This document shows positions 19,600 to 29,472 of a DNA stretch of 64,000 bases, one piece after another (positions within the stretch are counted from its first letter, which is position 1; each line of letters opens with the position of its first letter). The notes under the pieces were generated by a model that did no database searches, was not told the origin of the DNA, and saw only the letters and a program-made list of their open reading frames with translations. A program made the translations under genes and the position numbers. The stretch is from an uncultured Nitrospiraceae bacterium (GTDB taxonomy: Bacteria; Nitrospirota; Thermodesulfovibrionia; Thermodesulfovibrionales; SM23-35). Location: the NCBI GenBank assembly GCA_963727775.1, contig CAVSHB010000001.1, positions 1,248,001 to 1,312,000 on the forward strand, in the 5' to 3' direction.

Positions 19600-19962
19600 T
19601 TATTTCTTTTCTTCTTTCTTTACTTCTTCCTTTTTATGGCACTTTCCGCAGTCTGATTCTGAGGATTGAGAGAATACTACCTTGCCATTATGGTCTTTCC
19701 CGTCATGACATTTTCCGCAGTAATCGGGTTTCCCGTGGTCTTCTTTTGTCATCTTGAATGAACCTTTTTTCATTCCAAAAGGTTTCGGATGGCAGTCATT
19801 ACATTTCATCCCCTGCTTGGCGCTGTGCGTGTCTCCACTGAATACGACTTTGCCATTGTCTCCACCGGCGTATTCTATCGTTTTGCCCGGACCTACTGCC
19901 ATAGCGCTGCCGACAAACGCGAGAGCTACGAACAGACTAATTATCAAAGTTGCAATCTTCAC
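19600..19962 (-). CDS. Periplasmic triheme c7-type cytochrome c
   Basis: Signal peptide; CNDCH, CGKCH, CGKCH; GKVVFSGDTH. Confidence 0.85.
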   Translation of the reverse strand: MKIATLIISLFVALAFVGSAMAVGPGKTIEYAGGDNGKVVFSGDTHSAKQGMKCNDCHPKPFGMKKGSFKMTKEDHGKPDYCGKCHDGKDHNGKVVFSQSSESDCGKCHKKEEVKKEEKK

Positions 19963-20010
19963 TATATATCACCCCCTTTCATAAAAAATCTCAGACTCTT
20001 GAGAGTCTGT

Positions 20011-20026
20011 TACAAATTCCATGCCA
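20011..20026 (-). promoter_or_regulatory. Possible sigma54 (-24/-12) promoter
   Basis: Minus strand TGGCATGGAATTTGTA versus consensus TGGCAC-N5-TTGCW; the -12 C is mismatched. Confidence 0.4.
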
Positions 20027-20109
20027 TACGGTTTAAGCACAACCTATAAAGATTTTACTACAAACAGGTCTCCTCAAAAAGGGAGATATTCTTTATTTAG
20101 GAAAATTAT

Positions 20110-21363
20110 CTATTGATAAACCATCGAGGCTATCTTTGCAGTAAGGTCTCCGAGCATATTAGTATAACTTCCGAGTTCGTTGTCGTACCATCCATAGATA
20201 CTCGCCTGTGTAATAGGGATTTCCATGTTTTGAGGGAGTTGTTTCACGAGTTCGGCGGGCATTCCGGAAAACTTTGAAAGGTCGAGAGTGGCAAAGGCCG
20301 TCCTCGTGTGAGTTTCGTGTCCTTCAATGATAGTGGCCGGACCGAAGTGGCCTACAATGTCTGAGGACACATTCTGCTCATCGGTATATTTAATATAACC
20401 TCTTTTTTCTTTTTGCTCGGCCTTGCGGTAAATATCGTTGATAAGCGTCCTGTTGATTGCAGGGCCTCCGACTTCATCGGAAAAGGTCACTACCAAAATA
20501 ATAAGAGAGCCTGAGGAGGTCGGGATACGCACTGATTCGGCGCTGAAGCCGATCTGGTTCATTTCGGGTATCACAAGGCCGAGGGTTTTGGCGGCCCCTG
20601 TGGTAGTCAGAATAATATTGTTCATGATGCTTCTGTTTTTGCGCAGGTCGGTTGCGCCTGACGTCGGCAGCCTGTCAAGCACCTCCTGGGTACCGGTCGC
20701 GGCATGGACAGTGGCCATGGATGCGTTGAGTATCTTCTTCGCGCTGAAGTAATCCAGTAGCGGTTTAATCATATAGGCGAGACAGGTGGTTGTGCAGGAA
20801 GCGGCTGAAATAATGTGATGTTTGGCATTTTCATAGGTGTCGTCATTGATACCTATTACGGTAGTCGTTGCATCCTCAGGAACAGCAAGGCCTTTTTCTT
20901 TTATCTTAAATGGCGCAGAGACAATGACCTTTTCGGATCCTGCTTCAATATGTCCTCTGACAGAGCCTTCTTTGGCATCCGGCGGGACTGTAGGGTCTTT
21001 AAACTTCCCTGTTGCTTCAACCACCACTTTAACGTTATTATTCTTCCAGGCGATATTCCTCGGGTTCCGCGATTCTCTCAGGATAGTAACCGGTATCCCA
21101 TCGATGAGCATTGTACCCTTATCTTCATTGACGTTCTTGATTACCCTTGCCGCTTTATATCCGTGAAGATATTGGTGCAGTGACCCATATGTAGAATCTT
21201 TTTCAATATACAGAGCGACATCCTCAAGCTTTGTCCCTGCTTTTCTGCCTATATTAACGACAATCTCCGAAAAATATTTTCTGCCTATATGGTTCCATAG
21301 TGTCAGCTTGCCGATTCTTCCAAGACCGTTGATGCCCAGGACAGGTTTTTTTTCAGAGATCAT
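20110..21363 (-). CDS. gap: Divergent, long GAPDH-family protein
   Basis: GINGLGRIG, ASCTTTCL, TVHAATGTQ, TTGAAK, WYDNE; 417 aa. Confidence 0.85.
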   Translation of the reverse strand: MISEKKPVLGINGLGRIGKLTLWNHIGRKYFSEIVVNIGRKAGTKLEDVALYIEKDSTYGSLHQYLHGYKAARVIKNVNEDKGTMLIDGIPVTILRESRNPRNIAWKNNNVKVVVEATGKFKDPTVPPDAKEGSVRGHIEAGSEKVIVSAPFKIKEKGLAVPEDATTTVIGINDDTYENAKHHIISAASCTTTCLAYMIKPLLDYFSAKKILNASMATVHAATGTQEVLDRLPTSGATDLRKNRSIMNNIILTTTGAAKTLGLVIPEMNQIGFSAESVRIPTSSGSLIILVVTFSDEVGGPAINRTLINDIYRKAEQKEKRGYIKYTDEQNVSSDIVGHFGPATIIEGHETHTRTAFATLDLSKFSGMPAELVKQLPQNMEIPITQASIYGWYDNELGSYTNMLGDLTAKIASMVYQ

Positions 21364-21467
21364 TATTTTCCACCTTCCATATTTTTATTTGTTCATTTTT
21401 AAATGACTCCATGCCCGAAGCCGATACCGTTAAAATCATATCACACTATTATAGCACTACAAAAGTT

Positions 21468-24400
21468 CTATAAGTTGGTACCTGTTTCAGCCCTTATCTC
21501 TTTTACCTGATGTTTGCCTGAATAAACAGAGCCGTTCCGTCCGTCGATGCTCAGGAAATCGCCTACCTTAATGACGCGGTTATTCACCATACACTTTTTT
21601 TCATTCTCCCAGACAACTAAATTATTGCAAGCCACAATGCAGGTTTTCCCCAGCCGGTTGGCAATAATTGAGGCGTGAGATGTTGACCCGCCCCGGGCGG
21701 TCAATAATCCGTCAGTCTCCGAAATATGTCTGATGTCATCCGGGACAGTATCAGACCTGATCAATATAAGGGGCGTAGACGGGTCTTTTTCCCTGAGTTC
21801 CTGTATTTCATCCAGATCAAATACGGCCCTGCCGCTCAATGCGCCGCCGCCGACGCCGATTCCACGTGAAAGGTAGCTGGCAGAGAGTTTCTTTGAGGGC
21901 AGAAATGCCATGAAACTCTCTTTTCTTGTGACAGCCATGTCCCGTGTCTGCAGTATGTACAGGTTTTCGCTGCTCCTGCCTTCGAAAGTGAATTCAATCT
22001 CCTGGGCGCCCCACCTCTCCTGATAAATCAGGTCCTTGCTTATTTTGAGCAATGCGGTATAGATTTCCGGAAAATTGTCCTCGAATGAGATTTCGTTTGT
22101 CCTGTCCTCAAAAGGCTTCTGCTCGTTTGATATGGGTAATGTTCTTACAAGTCCTGATACGATATCTTCACCTTGCGCGCTTGTCGCGAAATCACCCCAT
22201 AGCATGATCCTGTCTCCTGACTCTTGGGGGTTACGCGTAAAAAGTACGCCGGTACCTGAATTCGTATCAAGATTGCCGTAGGCCATCGCCTGTACAATCA
22301 CCGCCGTGCCCCAGTTCTCGGACAGACCCAATATCTCACGATACGCCTGCGCCTTATTTGAATACCATGAGTTAAATACCTGTTCTATAGCCTTATGCAG
22401 CTGGGACCTGGGGTCATCTGTAATTTCTATGCCGTTCAATTTAATAGTCTCCCGGTATGCCAATGCAAGGTCTCTCATCTGCTGCGGAGCAAAATGAATT
22501 TTCTTTAAGACCTTGTGTCTGGACTTGAACGAATTCATGATGTCATCAAATTTGTCTCTTTCCATGCCGTACGACATCCCCCAGCACTGTAAAAAACGGC
22601 GGTAACAATCCCATACAAACCACGGCTTGTGGGTCCGTCTTATTAATCCATTACAGATGGATTCGTTTATGCCGACGTTCAGAAAAGAGATCATCATTCC
22701 CGGCATGGAAATAGCGCCACCGCTTCTTACGGATACAATCAACGGATTTTCAGGATCACCAAAGACTTTTCCGGTCTGTTTTTCGAGCGTGGTAAGCTGT
22801 TCCCTGATCTCTTCTTCGAGATGTTCCCCGGCGTATCTGAACCTGTTGATAGCCTTCTCACAGCGGAACACTTCAGTAGTAATAATAAAACCCGGCGGGA
22901 CGGGTATCCCGAGGGTCGCAAGTTTTATGAGGTTATATCCCTTATTCCCAAGATGGATCCTGTCTTTCGTGGCACTGTTCGGGATATGAATACCGGACAG
23001 TGCTTTCTTCGGATCATAGCTCATCAGCAGATCCAGGTTCTGCACATCAAGACCCTCTGCCTGTTCAAAGAGCGTTTTTAATATCCTGCTTATAAAAACG
23101 TCCAATTGCTGGAGCCCGAATGAAGCCGCAACTACCTCCCTCAAAAATTGTTCGGATATCTTGTTGATAAATTCAGATTCATTCTGTTCGTGATCTGTCT
23201 GAAGATATTTTGAGAGTATATTTTCAGCGCCGAGCTGAGAGATTATATGCTTCAGGTTGTTCTTGAAGATGCCGCTGTAATGCGTATTGAGAATATCCTG
23301 TACGGCCTCGGAGAATCCCCCAAATATGTCTATATACTGAGAAAAGGAAAATCTTCTTACCTCCAAAGCTACGGATAATAGTTCCAGCGCGTTTTCCAGT
23401 TTGTTTGAAGATATACCGTCAAGCTGCAAGGCCCTGAAAAAAAGATTGACATACTTTTCGATCTGGAACAGGGTGGCCCTTGTAATAAATTTGAGGTTGA
23501 TTGAATTAATGAGTTCTTCGAAAAGGATATTCGCCAGGTTTTCCAGTCGAAATGTTACCGCCATAGCATCAAATTTTCTCTCATGATATTTACCGTACAT
23601 CGATTGAATGCCGGCGGCAATATGTCTTTTATGGTAGATATTTTCAACCGCCTCGTATTTTTCGGATGACAGGATGATATCTCTCAAGAGCTCCAGGTAG
23701 CTCAGGACGCCTTCAAGACGCTGTGAAACGTTCCCTTCTTCTAATACGGATATCAGCGCGTCTGTATTTGGAAGCCCAAGGCTCTGGATATATCTTAAGT
23801 GATACTTGATATCCTGAGGGTCCATTTTATATTTTTTAGTGAGCAGCTGATAGAATTTGACCGAGAGCTCCGCGCGTTTCCTTTCCCTTTCAGAGATATC
23901 AGGCATGCCCCGGGTAAATTCGAGGATCTCTTCATCCGAAAGGCGGAGAAGGTCTTTTACGTCGGAAATTCCTTTATTGAGAAATATATCATTGAAGATG
24001 ATATACAGCTCATCGATATATGCTCCTGAAGTCTTGATCCGCTGATAAACATCCCCAGGCAGGAATTCCTTCAACGGCGTCTTGTCCTTTGTCCGCCAGA
24101 AGTGTATGACTGCCTCGATAAAATCAACTACACGGGCGCTGCTTTCGACATGGCTCTGCTTCCGCAGAAAATGCACGAGGATATCCGCCCTGTGAGTTGA
24201 TTCATCGATTTCGGTAGAGACTTCTCTTAGCGGGCCTTCAGCCCCGATCTCGCTGAAATAAGCGGGGAACAACTTTGCCATCTGTTTAATGAGGTGATAG
24301 ACGGGTCTGACGTCGCTGTTCAGGAGTTCCGTTATATCTTTCTGGAAAAGATCAGTGTCGTTGATATGTACGCCGCATAATCGCAGATGGATGATTAAGG

Positions 24401-25631
24401 CCGAGATGAGTGATTTGGACCACTTGGGATTGTTCTCTATTAAATCAAGCCAGGTACGGATATTTTTAAGGTGGGAGCGATTTGACCTGACCTGCCATTC
24501 GTCGGTTACCCCGCATATCCCCGGATGATGGAACCCGAGAGAGATGATATTTTGCAGATACCACTCAACAAGACCGCTGTTACCTTTATTGTATATTTCA
24601 TTGCCGATAACCTGGACGCAATATAAGGCCGTATCTGCATACATGTTAAAATTAATTTTCAGCATGCCGAGTATCCCGGAAAGTACGCTCTTTATCTGCT
24701 CGGGCTTTTCGATCTTCACAATTACGGAGATCGTTCGGTTGATTTCTCTGAGCGTATTCTCATGTATACCCGAAAGTCCCTTGGTCTCCATGATCATCAG
24801 GAGATAAGCAATCTTCAGGTTAAGGTCATTAAGCGCGGTTCCTGTTATCGCCAGCATGCCTGCAAGTTCTTCATAGAATTTCACTAATTGCATATAACCG
24901 GGCAGTCTTAAGATTTCTTTTAACCGCTCGTAACGGTCTGTGGATTTCCCGACATTGTTGAGTTGAACGACCAATTCATTCAGATGCGCGTGTGAAACGG
25001 GATAGCACAGTTTTTCGAGCTCTCCGAGCTTATTTGCGTTTATCAAGAGATTTGCAGTTTGTTTTAGCCGCAGGAACGGATCTTCTTCCTGAATCCAGTA
25101 TTCATATGTTGCAGATAGGTATCTGACAAGCAGGTTATTGAACATGTCAAGGTCAAAGTGCGACGGGGTTTTCCCAAGGACAATCTGTCCCAGCTTTTTC
25201 AGTTGATGGGGGTTCGTGACAAGCAGGAAAAACTGCTTGTCCGGCAGCTGATAAAGTCTTGCAAAACACTCGTCAAATACAGTTTCATATTTCCGCAGAT
25301 CGCCGTTGCCGTCTATGAGTATTTTTTCGATGTAGAATATAATGCCTTCAACAGCCGACTGCTGCACGCTGTAGTCGGGATTGTTTATCGCTTTTAGAAA
25401 TATATCCAGGATAGTCCTGATGACCTCTATACCTTTTTCGTGGTGGTCATGGACATAGAAATTCTTGAGGGCATACGTCCTTGTCTCTTTTACGATAAAA
25501 CCCCAATCCTGAGGATGGTGGTCCAACTCGCGTAAAAGCGGTTCAACGGCGCTGACAATGCCGGGGTAGTCTTTAACTACCTCCCGCAGGATTTCATATT
25601 CTGATGCTGCAGCTTTTGTATCCGAAGACAT
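21468..25631 (-). CDS. PPDK-like dikinase: large N-terminal extension + ATP-grasp + phospho-His swivel domain, with no C-terminal PEP/pyruvate domain
   Basis: LGNKG, PVPPGF, VSVRSG..SMPGMM, QGEDIVSG, EIEFT, ILQTR, GGSTSHA, SIDG, then stop; ATG 25631 follows SD AAGGA. Confidence 0.85.
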   Translation of the reverse strand: MSSDTKAAASEYEILREVVKDYPGIVSAVEPLLRELDHHPQDWGFIVKETRTYALKNFYVHDHHEKGIEVIRTILDIFLKAINNPDYSVQQSAVEGIIFYIEKILIDGNGDLRKYETVFDECFARLYQLPDKQFFLLVTNPHQLKKLGQIVLGKTPSHFDLDMFNNLLVRYLSATYEYWIQEEDPFLRLKQTANLLINANKLGELEKLCYPVSHAHLNELVVQLNNVGKSTDRYERLKEILRLPGYMQLVKFYEELAGMLAITGTALNDLNLKIAYLLMIMETKGLSGIHENTLREINRTISVIVKIEKPEQIKSVLSGILGMLKINFNMYADTALYCVQVIGNEIYNKGNSGLVEWYLQNIISLGFHHPGICGVTDEWQVRSNRSHLKNIRTWLDLIENNPKWSKSLISALIIHLRLCGVHINDTDLFQKDITELLNSDVRPVYHLIKQMAKLFPAYFSEIGAEGPLREVSTEIDESTHRADILVHFLRKQSHVESSARVVDFIEAVIHFWRTKDKTPLKEFLPGDVYQRIKTSGAYIDELYIIFNDIFLNKGISDVKDLLRLSDEEILEFTRGMPDISERERKRAELSVKFYQLLTKKYKMDPQDIKYHLRYIQSLGLPNTDALISVLEEGNVSQRLEGVLSYLELLRDIILSSEKYEAVENIYHKRHIAAGIQSMYGKYHERKFDAMAVTFRLENLANILFEELINSINLKFITRATLFQIEKYVNLFFRALQLDGISSNKLENALELLSVALEVRRFSFSQYIDIFGGFSEAVQDILNTHYSGIFKNNLKHIISQLGAENILSKYLQTDHEQNESEFINKISEQFLREVVAASFGLQQLDVFISRILKTLFEQAEGLDVQNLDLLMSYDPKKALSGIHIPNSATKDRIHLGNKGYNLIKLATLGIPVPPGFIITTEVFRCEKAINRFRYAGEHLEEEIREQLTTLEKQTGKVFGDPENPLIVSVRSGGAISMPGMMISFLNVGINESICNGLIRRTHKPWFVWDCYRRFLQCWGMSYGMERDKFDDIMNSFKSRHKVLKKIHFAPQQMRDLALAYRETIKLNGIEITDDPRSQLHKAIEQVFNSWYSNKAQAYREILGLSENWGTAVIVQAMAYGNLDTNSGTGVLFTRNPQESGDRIMLWGDFATSAQGEDIVSGLVRTLPISNEQKPFEDRTNEISFEDNFPEIYTALLKISKDLIYQERWGAQEIEFTFEGRSSENLYILQTRDMAVTRKESFMAFLPSKKLSASYLSRGIGVGGGALSGRAVFDLDEIQELREKDPSTPLILIRSDTVPDDIRHISETDGLLTARGGSTSHASIIANRLGKTCIVACNNLVVWENEKKCMVNNRVIKVGDFLSIDGRNGSVYSGKHQVKEIRAETGTNL

Positions 25632-25713
25632 TTTAGATTCCTTAATCATTATATAATAGAACATGGCGTTTTTTACATTATTTCAAATGCTGTAAAAAGG
25701 CAGTATAGCCGAA

Positions 25714-26349
25714 ATGAAAGTCTGTGAAGTTTTTACGAGTATACAGGGAGAGTCAAGTTATGCCGGTTTGCCGTGTACGTTTGTTAGGCTGACGGGCTGC
25801 AATCTCAGGTGTTCTTACTGCGATACGCGATATGCATACGATGAAGGCAGCGAGCTTTCGGCGGAAGATATTATGAGGGAAGTACGGATGAGAGGCGTTG
25901 ACCTTGTGGAGATTACCGGAGGTGAGCCGCTGCTCCAGCCGGAAGTTTATCGTCTTATAGGAGAGCTGATAAAGGACGGTTTTACCGTATTGGTAGAGAC
26001 GAACGGGTCAATGAACATCAGCGGTATTGACGCTAAGGCTGTTGTTATCCTCGATATGAAGACGCCCGGCAGCGGTATGCATGAGAAGATGGACTTATCG
26101 AATCTTGACGAGATAAAACGTATTGATGAGGTAAAGTTTGTGATCACGAGCCGGCAGGATTATGAATGGACAATAAAAATAATGAATCAATATGAATTAT
26201 CCAACAAATGCAGTGTCCTCCTGTCTCCTGCATGCGGTATTTTATCCGCGGCGAAACTTGCCCGGTGGATGATCGAGGATAGGCTTAAGGCCAGACTAAA
26301 TCTTCAGCTCCACAAAATCATTTTCGGTGCCGAAATGAGAAGGGTGTAA
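25714..26349 (+). CDS. queE: 7-carboxy-7-deazaguanine synthase (radical SAM)
   Basis: SIQGE, FVRLTGCNLRCSYCDT, TGGEPL, ETNG, LQLHK. Confidence 0.85.
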   Translation: MKVCEVFTSIQGESSYAGLPCTFVRLTGCNLRCSYCDTRYAYDEGSELSAEDIMREVRMRGVDLVEITGGEPLLQPEVYRLIGELIKDGFTVLVETNGSMNISGIDAKAVVILDMKTPGSGMHEKMDLSNLDEIKRIDEVKFVITSRQDYEWTIKIMNQYELSNKCSVLLSPACGILSAAKLARWMIEDRLKARLNLQLHKIIFGAEMRRV

Positions 26350-26446
26350 GACTCCCTGGATACGCCCGGGAGGCTACGGAAAAGCCTTTAATAAAGACCG
26401 CGTTAGAGCATTGTAGACGAATAAAGTCGATGAAATAGATTTGACT

Positions 26447-27058
26447 TTATTTCTTAGCCGTTGCCCATATATTCATGAAAAGTTCAAAGTACCCGAGACG
26501 TATTTTCTTTTTTGAAAAGTCTGCCTTTTGAAGCAGTGCCGAAATTTTTGCGTGACTGTATGCATCCTTATGTTCTTCGATTTCAATAGGGCTGACCAAT
26601 CTCAATTTGGCAATGAACCTCAGCAGCATATCGGTCCATCCCGCCGGTGTTGTCATAATAAATATTCCACCTTTGCTTAAGACCCTGTGAATTTCCCCTA
26701 TCGCTTCGGGGAGTCTTCCCGGTTCAATATGTTCAAAAACCGCGAGCATGGTCACTACGTCAAAATATTCGCTGGAGAAGGGGAGCGTATTTTCTTTTTC
26801 TATGTCGTAATTTAGAAGAGTAACGTCCTGGCCATAAATCCGGTTGTCAGAAACTTCCGCCATGACTTTATCAAAACCATACTTGTAAGAAAACTCTGTG
26901 TTCAGCAGGAAAAATGGGTATGCGCCGCAGCCTATATCCAAGATTCTTCCCTTTCTATGGGCGGCATCTATGAGTCTGTTGGCCATTCTGCATCTCTGCT
27001 TTGCCAAGAAACCCTCTAAAATACCATAACCCCTTGTTCCCTCTGGCTGGAATTCCAT
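26447..27058 (-). CDS. Class I SAM-dependent methyltransferase
   Basis: ILDIGCG, FDVVTMLAVFEH. Confidence 0.85.
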   Translation of the reverse strand: MEFQPEGTRGYGILEGFLAKQRCRMANRLIDAAHRKGRILDIGCGAYPFFLLNTEFSYKYGFDKVMAEVSDNRIYGQDVTLLNYDIEKENTLPFSSEYFDVVTMLAVFEHIEPGRLPEAIGEIHRVLSKGGIFIMTTPAGWTDMLLRFIAKLRLVSPIEIEEHKDAYSHAKISALLQKADFSKKKIRLGYFELFMNIWATAKK

Positions 27059-27133
27059 ACTCTTCCCGCTTTTTCCTCAATTAATTTTGCAAAATCTTCC
27101 GTAAATGAGCAAGCTTAATTCGACGACGCAATA

Positions 27134-28513
27134 TTAGCAGGATTCTTTTTGCCTGTATCTTTCGCATATCAAATATAAGCCATACCCTGAGAAGACCGAA
27201 ATCATCGGCATAATGGGAAGCCGGAACCTGTGATATCCCACCGGCCCTCCCGACAGCAAGAGGCTGTAACCTATTATGCAAAGGATCAATACCGTCAGAA
27301 AAGAATAGGAAAAATCCTTATCACACAATGAGATCGCAGCGCATAAAAGCGACACAACCAGAAATATTCCAAATATCACAATGGCGCCCATAAAAACGAA
27401 AGATTTTGTGTTGATTATGTTTTGTATTACCTTAATAAACCCTTTGTCCAGTAGCTCGCTGAGGAGCGCACCGGACCTGGGATAAAGTTTAAGAAATATC
27501 AGGTACTCCGTAGAACCCGGGTCTATTAAAGTCCTGACTATCCCTTTGACATACGTTATCGTATAATCGAGGGGATGCGCCATAATTATTCTGACACCCT
27601 CTCTTCTCATATATTCATATATTTTTTTTTGATCCCAATCCCGTTGCTCGGGGTGATTCTGAAGGTATATGTTTTTGTCAGTGCAGCCCATTGTTTGTCG
27701 CATCTCGTTGACGGGCATGCTGGCCTCAGCCGCAAGGAGTGAGGCACTCTGATAACAATACAGACTCACGTCTGAGATGCTGGAGAAGCCCGAATATCCT
27801 GTCGTCGCAAAATTCCTCACCTGCCATATGCCCAGCAACACGACCGAAGAAAAAAGAAACAAAAGGGCATGTGCCAAAAACCTTGTCCTGAATCCCCTTC
27901 GGGTAAGCGCCCATATGATTAAGATTAGAGTTGTAAAAAATGGGAGGAAATAATTTATCGGCTTCACATATACAGTTGCAGACAGCACAGCCGAAGCAAA
28001 AATTATTTTCCTCGGTTGCGCATGTTCCAAATACCTGGCCATAAAGAATAGGAACAGCGTATTAAGAAAGGTAAATAATGTCTCGGACAGAAGTTTGGAA
28101 GCGTAAATTATGGAAACAGGTTCAATCGCACAAAGAAAAGCACTCAACAATGCAGCTTTAATATTATTGAAAAGGAGCAGCGATATTCTGAAAACAAGAT
28201 ATGTTGTCAAACAAGCCAGTACTATCTGTATTGCAATAGTCACGAGTTCTACGTTGCCGAGGAATATTCCGGGGATTAGGAGGACCGGATATCCCGGTGT
28301 CCTGAAAAGCCCAGGGGCTCCATTGGCGTAGAACCGTCCATGAGACAGCAGTTCCTGAGCAGGTCTTATGTATGAAAAGGTATCGGGACTATAAAACAAA
28401 GTATAATCCCTTGTCGTGAGAACAACAAAAAGCGGGACCAGCATTCTTATGCCCAAAGCTATGAACAGGATATACGAAAAGGAGGCAGTTCCAGTGTTGT
28501 ACCTTTTATTCAT
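27134..28513 (-). CDS. GT-C / ArnT-like membrane glycosyltransferase
   Basis: Multi-TM; PDTFSY, RTPGYP, LSETL, C-terminal RFRLP. Confidence 0.75.
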   Translation of the reverse strand: MNKRYNTGTASFSYILFIALGIRMLVPLFVVLTTRDYTLFYSPDTFSYIRPAQELLSHGRFYANGAPGLFRTPGYPVLLIPGIFLGNVELVTIAIQIVLACLTTYLVFRISLLLFNNIKAALLSAFLCAIEPVSIIYASKLLSETLFTFLNTLFLFFMARYLEHAQPRKIIFASAVLSATVYVKPINYFLPFFTTLILIIWALTRRGFRTRFLAHALLFLFSSVVLLGIWQVRNFATTGYSGFSSISDVSLYCYQSASLLAAEASMPVNEMRQTMGCTDKNIYLQNHPEQRDWDQKKIYEYMRREGVRIIMAHPLDYTITYVKGIVRTLIDPGSTEYLIFLKLYPRSGALLSELLDKGFIKVIQNIINTKSFVFMGAIVIFGIFLVVSLLCAAISLCDKDFSYSFLTVLILCIIGYSLLLSGGPVGYHRFRLPIMPMISVFSGYGLYLICERYRQKESC

Positions 28514-28700
28514 GTATCCGATAAATGCGTTCTCTGAAGGTGTTTTTGCGCATTCTTTGTGATATCAAGTATAATTTATCCGCTGATGGATGTTCAACGA
28601 TGACCTTTGAAAAGTATACTATACATGAACAAATGCAGACCAATGTCCCTTAAGAAAACAAAGAGGAATCCGCTTTTTATAAAAAGGGAGGTATTTTCTT

Positions 28701-29417
28701 TTGAGTAACAGGGATCAAGAGATGGGAGCCGGCGTGAAATTGTCGGTCGTAGTTCCTGTTTATAATGAAAGAGATACTATCCTGGCTGTGTATGAAAAAA
28801 TAACGGCCGTTGATCTGGACAAAGAGATTTTGCTGATCGATGATTGTTCGACCGATGGAACCGGGGATATTATCAAAGGATTAGAGGATGAAAATACAAA
28901 AGTTTTTTTCCATGAGAAAAATATGGGGAAAGGCGCGGCGCTCAGGACGGGATTCAAGAATGCAACAGGCGATATACTTGTGATACAGGACGCTGATCTG
29001 GAATATGACCCCGGCGAGTACCCAAAGTTGATTAAGCCCATCCTTGAGGGTAAAGCTGATGTGGTCTATGGGTCGCGTTTTGCTAGTGGAGAATGCCACA
29101 GGGTCCTATTCTTCTGGCATATGGCAGGGAACAAGTTTCTGACCCTTCTTTCAAACCTCTTGACGAACCTGAACTTGACCGATATGGAAACCTGCTACAA
29201 AGTACTTAAACGGCAAATCTTCGAACAAATAAGGATTGAAGAAAATCGCTTCGGCTTCGAGCCCGAAGTTACCGCGAAATTATCTAAGATGGGAGCAAGA
29301 ATCTATGAGGTCGGGATATCGTATTCTGGAAGAACTTATGAAGAGGGGAAAAAAATCAGATGGAAAGACGGATTCTCGGCGATACGCTGTATACTAAAAT
29401 ACAATCTGTTTCGGTAA
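28701..29417 (+). CDS. GT2 polyprenol-phosphate glycosyltransferase (DPM1-like)
   Basis: [34 protein letters not shown]. Confidence 0.9.
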   Translation: MSNRDQEMGAGVKLSVVVPVYNERDTILAVYEKITAVDLDKEILLIDDCSTDGTGDIIKGLEDENTKVFFHEKNMGKGAALRTGFKNATGDILVIQDADLEYDPGEYPKLIKPILEGKADVVYGSRFASGECHRVLFFWHMAGNKFLTLLSNLLTNLNLTDMETCYKVLKRQIFEQIRIEENRFGFEPEVTAKLSKMGARIYEVGISYSGRTYEEGKKIRWKDGFSAIRCILKYNLFR

Positions 29418-29472
29418 ACTTGATAATTGCGTAATAACGAGGCAAGGCTGTTGCTTGGAAGGAGGCGGCGAT

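Noticed and set aside
25714..26349. queE as part of a 7-deazaguanine DNA-modification defence system
   Set aside because: No dpdA/tgt-like, queC, queD or folE neighbours; housekeeping queuosine synthesis is the simpler reading
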